DNA of 64,000 bases from Bdellovibrionota bacterium (GCA_041740355.1 JBGSMD010000038.1:64001-128000), one strand, 5' to 3'. Counted from the stretch's first letter, positions 9,811 through 21,115 are shown. Made by a program: numbers and translations. Notes: generated by a model from the letters alone, not told the origin.

Positions 9811-11234
9811 ATGAAAATATCACTACACAAATCTTCTCAATTCATAATTATTAACTTAACTTGCTAAATATTACTACTAAGCTCTTGTTAAAAGGAACCC
9901 AGGGAAAATATTAAGAAGATCGAGAATCTTAATGTGCTCCTAATTATTCTCTATACTTTAGCCCCTGATCAAACTAGCATTTATAATTCAGAACTCGACA
10001 CTACTCCTCACTTAAAGGCCTTAGCAGATAAATCTTTAGTATTTAATTCTGCCTACAGTACCTCCTCTTGGACAAAACATTCAATCTTTTCAGCTTTTAC
10101 TGCACTTTATCCATCTCAACATAAAGCCGATAAACTCTATGTTCCACGAGATCGCAGCTTTGAGACTTTAGCCGAACGAATAAAGGGCGTGGTTATAAGA
10201 CGGCCGGTTATATGAGTCATACAATGCTCTCAAAGGATAACGGCTTAGATCAAGGCTTTGATGATTACGCCTTAACAAGTGGGCACAAGAATCCCCATGT
10301 TTCAATTTCTAGTAACAAAGTTACCGACCTAGCTTAAAAATGGTTCAACAAAAACGATGATTTTTTCAGATAACAACAAAAATCGGGATAAGTTTTTCAT
10401 GACTCTTCATTATTTCAATCCCCACTATACCTACATGCACCATCCACAGTTTGACTATAGTAGTTGGTATAAAGGTAAAATTGATCCTAATGAAAAATTT
10501 AGAAAGTTAAAAGCAAACTCAGGTAAATATTCCGAAGATGATATTAATTTCTTAGTAGGACTTTACCGCGAAGAAATTAAATTTACCGATTCTCACATTG
10601 GTAGACTATTAGAAGAACTAAATAAGCGAGGCTTAGACCAAAACACTTTAATCATCTTTATGGCCGATCACGGTGAAGAGTTTTTAGAACACGGAAGTAT
10701 GGGACATTCACATACTTTATATAATGAATTAACACATGTGCCGCTGATCTTCTCCATGACTGGGCTAGTTCCTGCTCAGAGACTTGAACAACCTGCTGTA
10801 TCTACTATAGATATTATGCCAACAATTGAAGGCCTGTTCCAAGAACCAAAACCTCAAAGTTACTGAAAAGGTAGAGATTTAAGTCAGACTGTAAGAGGAG
10901 ACAACCCTCGGAAGATCTTCCAGCTTTGTCAGGGTTATCATATGAATCATTGCGTTTACCACCAGCCTACAAAGTTTCTGTTGTTAAAGGAAAGGGGAAA
11001 TTAATCTTTGATAAAATCTCTAAAGAGCATGAGCTCTATGATTTAAAAACTGATCCTAGTGAGAAAAATAATTTGGCAAAAGCGCAACCTGAGCTTGTAA
11101 GTGAATTAGATACTTTAATTCAAAACTTTATTGAAATTGTTGCACTACCAGTTGATAAATCACTTACTCTGGCAAAAGCAACTAAAAGATTGCAAGAGGA
11201 AATTCAAAAACTAAAGAGTTTGGGGTATTTCTAA
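9811..11234 (+). pseudogene. Sulfatase-like lipoprotein broken by frameshifts and nonsense codons
   Basis: Fragments: LLLSSC lipobox-like, SSWTKHS..TALYPSQH, QGFD, HYFNPH, ADHGEEFLEHG, ELYDLKTDPSE and C-terminal LKSLGYF, spread over 3 ORFs with stops near 10335 and 10864. Confidence 0.85.
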
Positions 11235-11292
11235 ATTTATCAAGCACAACAAATAGGATAATTCAAGATACAAGTCTGATTTAACTATTAGT

Positions 11293-13569
11293 CTAGTAAA
11301 CAAGCCAGATCATTAATACTAAAGAAATTAAGAGTAGTAGCGTCAACCAGCTTCCAACACGGAAATAATCTTTTGTTTGATAACCGCCCACCCCCATCAC
11401 CATTAAATTAGCACGATGACTAAATGGTGTGAGGAAGGCAAAGGAAGATGCCATCGTCACTGCCATTAACAATCCATTTGGATTAATATCCATCTGCTGC
11501 CCTAAGCTAATTGCCAATTGTCCTACGAGTACAACAGCAACAACTGAATCTAAGCTTTGGCTGATAAAACTAGCAATTAAAGCTAAAACCAAAATCACAA
11601 CAACTGGGCTACTGTGTCCCATTTGTTGAATTAGCAACTCAGATAAATACCCCGAGGTTCCCGAAGTATTAAAAGCAATACCAATTGGAATCATTGAGGC
11701 GGTAACAAAAATAACTGGCCAGTTAACTTCGCGATATGCCTCGGACATCTTTAATGTCCCTGTAATCAGAATTAATAATACCGCACTAAAGGCAGCAACA
11801 CTTAAGGACGTAATATTTAAAGCAGCCAATAACACCATTAGTGCTAAAGCTAACAGTGCATAAATTGCTTTGGAGCTCCGCTCTGATTCCGGCAAGTTGT
11901 ACAGTAAGAGAAAATCTGGATCGTCATCCATCATGGCAATTTGTTTTTGATCGCCTTGAACTAATAAGGCATCACCAGCTTGTAAAATAGTTTTTGCTAG
12001 ATTACCACGTCGCACCGAGCCTTCGCGCCAAAGTGCCAAAACTTGAACTCGATATTTGGCACGAAAATTTATCTTAGCTAAACTTTTACCAATAAGTCCC
12101 GAGCGTGGAGAAACTACAACTTCCGTCACAACATAATCAGCGGATTCAATTTCTATTTGTCCAGGTTCTTTTACTAAATCAAGTCCTGAAAAGGTATTAA
12201 CTCGTTCGCACCTTAAACTATTTCCAAGGCAGACCAACTCATCCCCTGCTTCTAAAAGTAAATCCTTATCAACAATTCGCATTCGACCAGCACGAATAAT
12301 TCCTAGAATTTTAAAACCTAAGCTTCGGACAGTTAAAAGTTGACTCAGATTGTTTCCGATCAAAGCAGAGGTAGAAGAAATTTGTAATTTAAAAAGGTCG
12401 GAATCATGGACTTTTTCCCATAAAGCATCCTCAGTTTTTGAATCAATGGACTGTTGATAAATAGTAATTAGGGCAAACTCTTCCTTCTGAGTCTTTAAAT
12501 GACGAAAAGCTCTAACCCTAATTCCTTTTGATCCAAATAATATTTTTGCTCGTGGAGATGTTGGCAATATTTGCCCTGTATCTAACTCAGCATGATATGT
12601 TTGATAGTCAGAATAATTTTTTATCTGATAACCTAAACCTCGGACTTGCTCCACGGATACGCCCCGGGAAATCTTACAGTTATTAAAGCGTAAGCGTTCG
12701 CTAATGGCGCGAAAAGATCCCAAAACAATTAAACGATCTCCTGCTTGGATTAGCTGATCGGGGTCAGGGAAAATTTTACGATTATCAATATTATATATAG
12801 CTATGACTCGTAGAGCTAGTAGCTCGCCAATTTTTGCTTGCTTTAAAGTTTTCCCAATCAGCCCGGACTTATTACTAACGTGTAGAGTGAACTGTTCCTC
12901 GTTTAAATGGTAAGTACTCTTTAGATCAAGATTTAACTCTCGTCGCTTAACTGTCGTTCTTCTTGGCAACAATCGATATCCAAAACGACCCATAAAGATA
13001 AAGCCAACAAGCGCAAATACTAAGGCATACGGTGTAAACTCAAAGAAACTAAATTCAGGTAAGCCATGTTGCTTTTGTAATTCAACGGCGACAATATTTC
13101 CTGAGGTTCCAATTAAGGTAAAAAGTCCCCCAATAATTACGGCAAAGACAAAAGGAATTAAAACGCGTGACTCAGGAATTCGATTTATGGAACAAATTTT
13201 CAGAACTGCTGGTAATAACATAGCAACAGTTGCCACGTTTGGCATTATTGAGGAGACTAAAACACTAGCACTCATAATTACAAAAAGATTTTTCCTCACT
13301 CCCTTTCCACCAATTTTTGCTAGGCGTACGGCTAATTGATTAGCAAGTCCAGTTTTCTTAAGTGCAGCTGCTAAAAAGAAAGTCATTACTAAAACAATTA
13401 TTGCAGTTGAAGAAAATCCTGAAAAAAGATCTTTCTCAGGGACTAATCCAAAGCAATACATTGCAAATAAAATTGTGAGCGCAGTAATTTCGTAAGGAAT
13501 ACGACCAACAAGAAAGGTCAGCACCATGATTGACATTAAGATGATAAAAATTAGAATGTCAGAAGTCAC
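11293..13569 (-). CDS. SLC13/CitM-like permease with multiple TrkA-C domains
   Basis: GGLFTLIGTSGN, repeated S.LIG..L TrkA-C motifs, FLTPFSHRANLMV. Confidence 0.85.
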   Translation of the reverse strand: MTSDILIFIILMSIMVLTFLVGRIPYEITALTILFAMYCFGLVPEKDLFSGFSSTAIIVLVMTFFLAAALKKTGLANQLAVRLAKIGGKGVRKNLFVIMSASVLVSSIMPNVATVAMLLPAVLKICSINRIPESRVLIPFVFAVIIGGLFTLIGTSGNIVAVELQKQHGLPEFSFFEFTPYALVFALVGFIFMGRFGYRLLPRRTTVKRRELNLDLKSTYHLNEEQFTLHVSNKSGLIGKTLKQAKIGELLALRVIAIYNIDNRKIFPDPDQLIQAGDRLIVLGSFRAISERLRFNNCKISRGVSVEQVRGLGYQIKNYSDYQTYHAELDTGQILPTSPRAKILFGSKGIRVRAFRHLKTQKEEFALITIYQQSIDSKTEDALWEKVHDSDLFKLQISSTSALIGNNLSQLLTVRSLGFKILGIIRAGRMRIVDKDLLLEAGDELVCLGNSLRCERVNTFSGLDLVKEPGQIEIESADYVVTEVVVSPRSGLIGKSLAKINFRAKYRVQVLALWREGSVRRGNLAKTILQAGDALLVQGDQKQIAMMDDDPDFLLLYNLPESERSSKAIYALLALALMVLLAALNITSLSVAAFSAVLLILITGTLKMSEAYREVNWPVIFVTASMIPIGIAFNTSGTSGYLSELLIQQMGHSSPVVVILVLALIASFISQSLDSVVAVVLVGQLAISLGQQMDINPNGLLMAVTMASSFAFLTPFSHRANLMVMGVGGYQTKDYFRVGSWLTLLLLISLVLMIWLVY

Positions 13570-13791
13570 AGATATACTTATAGAAAAGTGCTCAGCAAGT
13601 ATGACCTGAATCTAGTTGGTCGACAATCACAGAACTTAGGGTAATTGTAGATAGATTAACTTAGCTCGTGAATTTATTCTAAATGTTTACATTCGAAATT
13701 AAGATGTCGTTGAAATTTAAAACGTTAGGTTAGATTAGAAGATTATTCCTAATTTCAAGCTTGATTAGTATAAAAATTACAATCTTAACAG

Positions 13792-14736
13792 CTATAGTAA
13801 GCGATCAACCTCTTGGCAATAAAACTTGGGATCTAAAGCCGTTCCCCCACCACGCTCATTGGATCCAGCATTCCACCTTCCACCAAACCCTGGGTCAATC
13901 AAACCCTTGATATTTAACTTTTGAAGATTTAAACCAAGGGGTGCCGCTTTTCCTAACCTTAAACGCACCTCCCATTTTTCGTCAGTTCTCAGATGATATG
14001 ACATAACAACTTGGGCGTCTGGATAAAGCCCTGGAAATAATTCGGCATCGACACGACCATCTGTTTTAACTAAAACCATTTTCCCAATTCTTTCTATTGG
14101 TAATTGCGCCAGCGAAGCACGAGTTGCCAAACGAATATCTAGAAGTTCTTGAGCCCTAGGCTCAATAGCTTGCCCTTGTAGGTAAAGTGCTAGGTTACGG
14201 GCGGAAAATTCCAAATCCTTCTGATCTTTAAAAGACTGCAATAGATCGGCAATCGGATTATCCTCTCCTGTATGATCGGCCGCGATTACGGCATCTCCAA
14301 AAACTTCGAATGGGGGAATCAGTCCCCGCATAATCAAAGCAGACAATACACTATCGCAGTCATAATGATTAACTACAATGGGAACTCCACGGTCTATTGG
14401 TCCATTTAATTTTACATATTCAATAGCAAGATTCGCACTAGAAACCGGACGGAACATTGACTCAAGGTTGGCATGATGATCAATATTCAATAGATCATTT
14501 CTTTGATAAGCTATAGATCCTCGGATTGGTTGACCCGTTTCAATTTCTTCAATTTTAAAATCACAGACAACAACAGATCCTGACTCACAACCTTTGAGTG
14601 CGCGAATCTCAGATTCAAAAACCTTACTACTAAGTGGCATGACAATAAGATTCTCCTTGCCCAAGAACAGATCTCGATCTGCTACAACTATAGCTAAGCG
14701 TCTTCCAGCTTGAATTAAATTATCCATTTGAATCAT
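13792..14736 (-). CDS. DHH-superfamily-like protein of unknown function
   Basis: NIDHH, NHYDCDSVLS and FGGRWNAG motifs. Confidence 0.5.
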   Translation of the reverse strand: MIQMDNLIQAGRRLAIVVADRDLFLGKENLIVMPLSSKVFESEIRALKGCESGSVVVCDFKIEEIETGQPIRGSIAYQRNDLLNIDHHANLESMFRPVSSANLAIEYVKLNGPIDRGVPIVVNHYDCDSVLSALIMRGLIPPFEVFGDAVIAADHTGEDNPIADLLQSFKDQKDLEFSARNLALYLQGQAIEPRAQELLDIRLATRASLAQLPIERIGKMVLVKTDGRVDAELFPGLYPDAQVVMSYHLRTDEKWEVRLRLGKAAPLGLNLQKLNIKGLIDPGFGGRWNAGSNERGGGTALDPKFYCQEVDRLL

Positions 14737-14972
14737 TACTAAAAACTATCATAATTTAATTCCCTAGTCTTGCCTCAACTATTCTGTATTTAATGCCTTA
14801 TTTCCATCGTAAATGGCTTAGAGTCTCGACTCCAACATGGAAATAGATCAGGTAGCCTTCATTCTAAACCTACATTAATAAAAATTCCGTTACTATCTTA
14901 ATTAGGGACCAAGTTACACTTAGTGGATTTTAATATATAGGCAGCCATCTGGATCCTAGCTATTATGTTGTA

Positions 14973-16673
14973 ATGAACAAGATCGAAGAAAAACTACTCG
15001 CTATTGAAAATCGCTTACAAAAGATAGAGCAGAAACTAGAAATAAAGAGTCCCTGCATTTCTCCAGTTCAAGTTATACAACCACAAGTTACCCCGGTAGC
15101 AAACCCAACAGTTTCTCCCATTAATATTAAGTACTCACCAAAAACCGATGCGCCGATAATCAATGTAAATACTACTACTGCTACTTTACCTAAAAATCCC
15201 GATACCAGTTTTTCCGCAACGGAAGTCCTAGGATATAGTGGTGCTATCGCGATGGTCCTAGCAATCGCTTATCTGATTATGCTAAGCGTTGATGCCGGAC
15301 TCTTCACACCAACTAGGCAAATTGGATTTGCATTTATCGCCGGAGCAAGTTTAATTTACTTAGGGCTTAAATATCGTCTGCGAAATGCTTCCTATTTTGC
15401 AATCTTACCTAGCGTGGGGATTATTACTCTGTACCTCGCAGCCTACGGCGCTCATAATTATTATCAAATGATCTCACCAAGCCTCAGCTTGGTATTAATT
15501 ATTCTAATTTCATCATTTGCACTTTTCCTTTGCCATGAATTAAAAGAAGATTCCTATGCTCTTTTTGCAGTAATAGGAACCTATAGTGCACCATTTCTCT
15601 TAAACACCAATGTCATCAATGTTTGGAACGATATCATATACTTTACTGTCTGGAGTGTTGTTTTTGTAATTTTTGCAATTAAGCAACGACGGCGAACGAT
15701 TTACCTAATTGCGCTCTATCTATCATTAGTTGGATTTAATATCATTTGGAATGGACGAGGTGAATATTGGTTAGAAGTCCTATTCTTCCAAACATTTCAA
15801 TTTTTAATTTTCCTAGCTGGAATAATTTACTTTTCAGTAAAACATCAACAGCCACTGAGTGATCGTGATGCATCTGCTCACCTTCCCCCGCTCCTGTTTT
15901 TTTATGCAATTCAATATGCAATTTTGCAAACACATTTTCCGGCTTTAGCACCTTGGATCTCATTAATTTCCGGTATAGTTATATTACTAGCATCCGTGAT
16001 TGCCTCAAAGCTGCTGCTTTATCTTGAAGGAGCAAAAGTTATTATTAATATTTATCTAGCTCTAATTATCTTTCACTCCCTCTATCTCGAACTACTTCCA
16101 AGTGAGCTAGCCCCTTGGCTTGGTCTCGTAATTGTCCCGATAAGTTTTTGTCTACATTTAGTCCTCAAGGAAAAAAGCTCAAGTTTAGGAAAACCAATTA
16201 TCTTTGTGATTGGACTAATTTTTGTAGTCAATATTATAAGAACTATTTTTCAAATTGAGATGCAAAATGTTCTTTTCCCTAAACTATTGTCAGTTCTTTA
16301 TGCTGTACAATTTTATGGAACATACTTTTACCTACACGCTAAAAAACAATCGGGCACTGTCGTAAACTACTTGGTCTACCTTGGACACTTAACTGCGATG
16401 GCGGCAATCGTAACTGTTTTTGAAAACCGGGCAATCGTTAGTATTAGTTGGGGAGCACTTGCCTTAGGCTTCCTGGTATTTTCTTTGCAAACAAAAAATA
16501 AGTTTATTGGTAAAAGTGCCTTACTAATATTTCTAGCATCTGGACTAAAAGTAGTTCTTTACGACCTCTCTGGTGCTACTCCGGTCATTAGAGTTATATG
16601 TCTAATGGTTTTAGCAGCAACGCTTTATGTTGGTGGATTACTTAATAAAAAGATTGAAAGCTTAGAAAGTTAG
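14973..16673 (+). CDS. DUF2339-like polytopic membrane protein
   Basis: N-terminal coiled coil, Pro/Thr linker, many TM segments, C-terminal KVVLYDL...RVI pattern. Confidence 0.75.
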   Translation: MNKIEEKLLAIENRLQKIEQKLEIKSPCISPVQVIQPQVTPVANPTVSPINIKYSPKTDAPIINVNTTTATLPKNPDTSFSATEVLGYSGAIAMVLAIAYLIMLSVDAGLFTPTRQIGFAFIAGASLIYLGLKYRLRNASYFAILPSVGIITLYLAAYGAHNYYQMISPSLSLVLIILISSFALFLCHELKEDSYALFAVIGTYSAPFLLNTNVINVWNDIIYFTVWSVVFVIFAIKQRRRTIYLIALYLSLVGFNIIWNGRGEYWLEVLFFQTFQFLIFLAGIIYFSVKHQQPLSDRDASAHLPPLLFFYAIQYAILQTHFPALAPWISLISGIVILLASVIASKLLLYLEGAKVIINIYLALIIFHSLYLELLPSELAPWLGLVIVPISFCLHLVLKEKSSSLGKPIIFVIGLIFVVNIIRTIFQIEMQNVLFPKLLSVLYAVQFYGTYFYLHAKKQSGTVVNYLVYLGHLTAMAAIVTVFENRAIVSISWGALALGFLVFSLQTKNKFIGKSALLIFLASGLKVVLYDLSGATPVIRVICLMVLAATLYVGGLLNKKIESLES

Positions 16674-16683
16674 CCTTTAGCTA

Positions 16684-16863
16684 TACTAGGGGACAATCAA
16701 AAATGAACGTTTTAAAAATCTAGTCGCCTAGTATAGCAAGCAGGTAGTGACTCAAGTCACCTAAGGGTAATACTGGGGATAACAAATATACTAAAAACCC
16801 AACAAACATAAAATGCATTCTGCATTTTTTAGAAACAGTAAGATAATTCTTAATGGGTTAGTA
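16684..16863 (+). repeat. Dispersed repeat/MITE-like family 2, copy 1
   Basis: Homologous to the reverse complement of 44217-44429 (TATACTAGG.GACA start, AAAATGCATTCTGCATTTT, TAATTCTTAATGGGTT end). Confidence 0.7.
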
Positions 16864-17163
16864 ATTAAGGTCTGGAGTTTTATCAATCTCAAGTCTTAGT
16901 TTTGGCCCAAATTTTAAAAATCGCTTTGACGCTAAGACAGCCCTAACACCAGAAAGCACTTGCTGATATTCCTCGCCAGTTAGATTATGTCTCCCCCCAT
17001 CTTTGACGCAATACTTGTCTTCTGGAATAGAAATTTTCCAAACCCAAAACTTTTGCATCAGAAAAAAACAATACGTACTGGAGCTAATCTTAAAAAGCAA
17101 ATATCGATCCCCACAATCTGACTCAATCCAAAGCTGATCACTAACCTTAGTAGCTACCACCAT
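16858..17163 (-). CDS. Small hypothetical protein (~101 aa)
   Basis: ATG at 17163 lies just past the GNAT stop; the longer track ORF overlaps the GNAT gene. Confidence 0.5.
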   Translation of the reverse strand: MVVATKVSDQLWIESDCGDRYLLFKISSSTYCFFLMQKFWVWKISIPEDKYCVKDGGRHNLTGEEYQQVLSGVRAVLASKRFLKFGPKLRLEIDKTPDLNY

Positions 17164-17173
17164 AAAAAGACAA

Positions 17174-17665
17174 TTATAAATTTTTATAATAACAAATCTT
17201 ATGATCTCCAACTGCATAATAATCAGGCAAACTTGCTGATTGTAGATATCCCTGCCCTTCATAGAATTTTCTCGTAGGAAAATATAGCTCCCGACTTGAA
17301 GTTTCAATGTTAATTTGTCTTCCACCTAGGATTGATACCGCTGCTTCCACCTCGTGAATTAATATTTTTCCTAGGCCTTTTCGTTGTTGCTTAGGATCAA
17401 CAACCATCCAATACAAATCATAATTATTTTCAGCTTCTTCAATCGGCCCAAAGCAAGAAAAGCCTAATATCTGAGAATTCTCCTTGATCAAATGAAAATT
17501 ATAACAGGTGTCTTCCCCCGCACTGAAATGCTCTTCGCAAAGATTTTGAAGCACCTCAATTTCATGTTCATAAAAAAATCCCGAGCGATTTGCTAGATTT
17601 AGGATTGAAGGCAGATCTTCAAATAATAAAACTCGTTCAATCTGAAAGTCGGAAGCCTTAATCAT
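17174..17665 (-). CDS. GNAT N-acetyltransferase
   Basis: LYWMVVDPKQQRKGLGK acetyl-CoA motif A, ETSS, FYE..GY, DYY. Confidence 0.9.
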   Translation of the reverse strand: MIKASDFQIERVLLFEDLPSILNLANRSGFFYEHEIEVLQNLCEEHFSAGEDTCYNFHLIKENSQILGFSCFGPIEEAENNYDLYWMVVDPKQQRKGLGKILIHEVEAAVSILGGRQINIETSSRELYFPTRKFYEGQGYLQSASLPDYYAVGDHKICYYKNL

Positions 17666-17674
17666 AGGATAATT

Positions 17675-18643
17675 CTATTTTGCAACTTCAATTATTGAGT
17701 TGATTAACTCAGAATAAGTAATCTGACGAAGGTCAGCAAGACAGGCGAGCCAATCATTGGCATCAATTGAAGGATTACCATTTACTTCTAAAACCCAAGG
17801 TCGACCTTGAGAGTCGACTCTAAAATCAACTCGAGCATAAGAGGATAAATGCAAAACATCCCAACACTTACGGGTAATCTCGGTCATTTCTGCTAAAAGC
17901 AGCGTGTCTTCCTCGGTGAAGTCAAACTTGGCTATAGTATTATTATACTCAAAAGAATCAGGAGCCCATTTCGCGAGCGTGCCTACAATTTTCAATTTTT
18001 CAGGTGGAAAATTTTGAAAAACAGTTTCAGCCGCACCCAGCACTACTATTTCACCATGAAAATTTACTACCGGCAAGGCAAATTCGCGTCCATCAATAAA
18101 TGCCTCGGCCATTAAATTATGATCTTTGGCTAAAAGCTCTCGTAGCTCAGGGCCATCTGAATAAAGTTTCAATTCTTGTTCATTGAGACCAGCAGAACCA
18201 TCGAGATATCGATGCTTTACAATAAATTTTTGAGTAGCAAATTCAGCTTGATTAATATTTTGATACGTAAGCCAGGGAGCAGTTGGTAGATCATTTTTTA
18301 AAAGAATTTCTTTGGCTAGAATTTTGTCAGTAGTTACGGCTAAAGAAACTCCACTACATCCGGTGTACTTAAACCCAAGTGCCGTTAAGTAGGCTGTTGG
18401 CATGTATGACAATTCGAAAACACTGTTAATCTCATCCACTAAATTAAAAACCAGATCGGGTTGATATTCTCGCAGCAGACTAGTTGTTCGACTTAAATCT
18501 TGATAACAAAAAGGAATTAGTTGTCCATCATGACCTAGTTGCTTAATCACAGCATTTACTTGCTCCGCATCAACCAGAATACTTTTTTCTTCGAAGGAAT
18601 TATTAGAATCAGAGAGCTCAGTATGTAAAACAGCAATTCTCAT
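17675..18643 (-). CDS. D-Ala-D-Ala-ligase-like ATP-grasp protein B
   Basis: VFNL, YTG, DK, EAFIDGREF, YARVDFR and LEVNGNP; lacks the canonical Ddl GGxSxE motif. Confidence 0.85.
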   Translation of the reverse strand: MRIAVLHTELSDSNNSFEEKSILVDAEQVNAVIKQLGHDGQLIPFCYQDLSRTTSLLREYQPDLVFNLVDEINSVFELSYMPTAYLTALGFKYTGCSGVSLAVTTDKILAKEILLKNDLPTAPWLTYQNINQAEFATQKFIVKHRYLDGSAGLNEQELKLYSDGPELRELLAKDHNLMAEAFIDGREFALPVVNFHGEIVVLGAAETVFQNFPPEKLKIVGTLAKWAPDSFEYNNTIAKFDFTEEDTLLLAEMTEITRKCWDVLHLSSYARVDFRVDSQGRPWVLEVNGNPSIDANDWLACLADLRQITYSELINSIIEVAK

Positions 18644-18646
18644 TAC

Positions 18647-19693
18647 TTAGTTATTAAGCTCGATGGTTGCTAGAATGGTTTCTTTGGTAGTTAAGTCTGA
18701 GTCTTGTTCCCCATTAAGATTTAAGCGCTGCACAGCAGACTTTACAATCATAGAAATTAATTTCTGGTAATCAATTCCCACAGCTTTAGATAATAAGATA
18801 ATATCTCCATAATCAGGAGTTAATCCGGCAAGCGGATTTAACTCTAGAATGTAGGGTTCACCATTTCCATCACAGCGAATATCAATTCGGCCAGCATCAC
18901 ATCCACCTAAATTTCGCCAGCAGGCGAGAGCAATTTTTTTAATTTTGGCAGCAAGTGGTGTGCCCTCATAGATTTGATAACGAACTCTATTTTCGTAATT
19001 AACTTTATTATCGTAAGAGTAACCACCCTGCTCCGCTTGTTCAGTTAAAATAATTTGGAAAATCCCAATTACTTTAGCGGTATCCCCTGTTCCAATTAAT
19101 CCGACTGTAAATTCTTCCCCTGATAAATAATTCTCTACTAGTACCGGCTGTTTAAATTCTTTTAGTAATCGTGAACAAGTTTTCTTAAGCTGGGTTTTAT
19201 TAGTGATACAGGACTCAGCCGAAACACCCTTACTACTACCCTCAGCTACGGGCTTGGCAAATAATGGAAATGCTAGTGTTAGATTATTAAGATCGACTAA
19301 TTTTTCAACAAGAAAAAAAGGTGCTGTTGGCAACCCATAACTCTGCATTACTCTTTTACTAACAGCTTTATTTAAACTTAGACAAAGAGTAAGTGGATCA
19401 GAAAAAGTGTATGGTATGCGATATGCATCAAGTAGCGCTGGGACTTGAGCTTCACGTCCATAACCATAAAGACCTTCCGAAATATTAAAAACTAAATCCC
19501 ATCGTTGTCCATCAGCAAGTCTTTGCGTAAGCGAACGAATGTGTCCGATTCTTTCCACTTGATGACCGAGATTTTGAAGAGCAACTTCTAATGCAATAAT
19601 TGTCTGCTCCGAATCGAACTCCGCAACTTCCATCTCCCCAAACCCTTCGGCCAGATATTCTTCCTTTAGATCGTAAGTCAAACCAATCAACAT
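18647..19693 (-). CDS. D-Ala-D-Ala-ligase-like ATP-grasp protein A
   Basis: VFNISEG, KPVAEGSSKG, ENYLSGEEFTVG, GRIDIR and ELNPLAGL. Confidence 0.85.
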   Translation of the reverse strand: MLIGLTYDLKEEYLAEGFGEMEVAEFDSEQTIIALEVALQNLGHQVERIGHIRSLTQRLADGQRWDLVFNISEGLYGYGREAQVPALLDAYRIPYTFSDPLTLCLSLNKAVSKRVMQSYGLPTAPFFLVEKLVDLNNLTLAFPLFAKPVAEGSSKGVSAESCITNKTQLKKTCSRLLKEFKQPVLVENYLSGEEFTVGLIGTGDTAKVIGIFQIILTEQAEQGGYSYDNKVNYENRVRYQIYEGTPLAAKIKKIALACWRNLGGCDAGRIDIRCDGNGEPYILELNPLAGLTPDYGDIILLSKAVGIDYQKLISMIVKSAVQRLNLNGEQDSDLTTKETILATIELNN

Positions 19694-19703
19694 AAGTTAA
19701 CCT

Positions 19704-20963
19704 CTATAATGGATCAGGGTAATAAAATTTTTCACCCGCAAAATTTTCTAGAACAATATTATCGCCTTCCCGACCTTTTAAATATTGTGGCTGAATTGGA
19801 ATTTTTCCACCACCCCCTGGACCATCGATCACAAAAGTTGGAATTGCATAGCCTGTTGTATGACCCCGCAGCTCTTTCACTATTTGCACCATTTGTTCTA
19901 CCGGAGTTCTAAAATGTGCCGATCCGGCAATTGGATCGCACTGATAAACATAGTAAGGCCTAACACGAATCTTAAGCAATCCATGAAAAAGTTCTTTTAG
20001 AGTTTCAGAATTATCATTAATCCCCTTAAGCAGAACTGTCTGACTTCCGAGCGGAATTCCAGCATCACTTAATCGATTACAAGCTTCTGCTGTTTCCGGA
20101 GTTAGCTCATCGGGATGAGTAAAATGTAAGCTGAGCCAAATTGGTGCATACTTCTTTAACATCTTAACAAGGGCTGGCGTAATTCGCTGAGGCAATACAG
20201 CCGGCACCTTCGTTCCAAGACGAACAAACTCAACATGTTTAATCTTCTTTAAACGAGAAATTAAATATTCCAAATGCTCATCTGCCAGATCAAAGGCATC
20301 GCCTCCAGATATCAACACATCGCGAATACTTGGGGTATTCTCAATGTACTCCAAGGCCTTTTCCCACTGCTGACGATTGAATTTGTATTCTGCAAAATTC
20401 CCAACAGCTCTAGAACGAGTGCAATAACGACAATAAACAGAACAAAAAGCGGTAGATAAAAATAAAACTCGATCTGGATAGCGATGAACTAAGCCAGGGA
20501 CGGGACTATCAGCATCTTCTCCTAAAGGATCTTTTGACTCCCCTGGCCCCATTGTAAATTCATCCACCACTGGTACTACCGTCTTTCTAATTGGCTGCAA
20601 ATGATTGTCCGGGTCTAATAGTGTGGCATAATAAGGTGTGATGCCAAGCGGCAGCGACTGACGATAACGGGTTACTGCTTCTTCCTCAGATGGAGCAAGA
20701 TTAATAATCTGACGAAGTGTTTCAGCTGTTCGATAGCGGCTACGTACCTGCCACTTCCAATCGTTCCATTCCGTAAGCCCTATGTTTGGGAAATTTTTCT
20801 TCATGAACTCGACAGAGCGAGGGCTAGCATTGACATAAATTGACTTGCTTCTTCGCGAGGGAGTTTTTTGAATATAAGTGACAAGTTCGGATGGTTTTGA
20901 TTTGCAAGCAGATTCCGACTCCTCAACTACGGTCAAGGAAGCCTTCGTATTGGTTTTCTTCAT
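19704..20963 (-). CDS. kamA: KamA-family radical SAM aminomutase (lysine 2,3-aminomutase-like)
   Basis: HRYPDR, CSVYCRYC (CxxxCxxC), SGGD, QTVLLKGIND and GGGGKIP (PLP lysine). Confidence 0.9.
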   Translation of the reverse strand: MKKTNTKASLTVVEESESACKSKPSELVTYIQKTPSRRSKSIYVNASPRSVEFMKKNFPNIGLTEWNDWKWQVRSRYRTAETLRQIINLAPSEEEAVTRYRQSLPLGITPYYATLLDPDNHLQPIRKTVVPVVDEFTMGPGESKDPLGEDADSPVPGLVHRYPDRVLFLSTAFCSVYCRYCTRSRAVGNFAEYKFNRQQWEKALEYIENTPSIRDVLISGGDAFDLADEHLEYLISRLKKIKHVEFVRLGTKVPAVLPQRITPALVKMLKKYAPIWLSLHFTHPDELTPETAEACNRLSDAGIPLGSQTVLLKGINDNSETLKELFHGLLKIRVRPYYVYQCDPIAGSAHFRTPVEQMVQIVKELRGHTTGYAIPTFVIDGPGGGGKIPIQPQYLKGREGDNIVLENFAGEKFYYPDPL

Positions 20964-20981
20964 AAATTAAAACTTTTAATA

Positions 20982-21115
20982 TAGTAAGTCCAAAAAGTAA
21001 TTTCAGTAGAGAATTACTTTTTGGGGCTTACTCTCCCCCCAGAGGGATAATAAAATCATATAGTTATGACAAAACTAACTTTTTAATATTTCTAAATTAC
21101 TTTTTGTCGTAACTA
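20982..21115 (-). mobile_element. MITE-like family 1, copy 2 (134 bp, TA flanks)
   Basis: Reverse complement: TA|TAGTTACGACAAAAAGTAATTT...ATAACTATATGATTTTAT...AAATTACTTTTTGGACTTACTA|TA; ends ~18 bp before the kamA ATG. Confidence 0.85.

Noticed and set aside
10864-10866. In-frame TGA as Trp or Sec recoding (alternative genetic code)
   Set aside because: TGA is a true stop in ATGA overlaps at 23736 and 45460-45463, and the same gene also has TAA stops and frameshifts
17164-17325. N-terminal part of track ORF 16858-17325
   Set aside because: Overlaps the well-supported GNAT in another frame; ATG at 17163 is more plausible
17675-19693. Calling the ATP-grasp genes ddl or van resistance ligases
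   Set aside because: They lack the Ddl GGxSxE N-terminal motif, and there is no mur or van gene context
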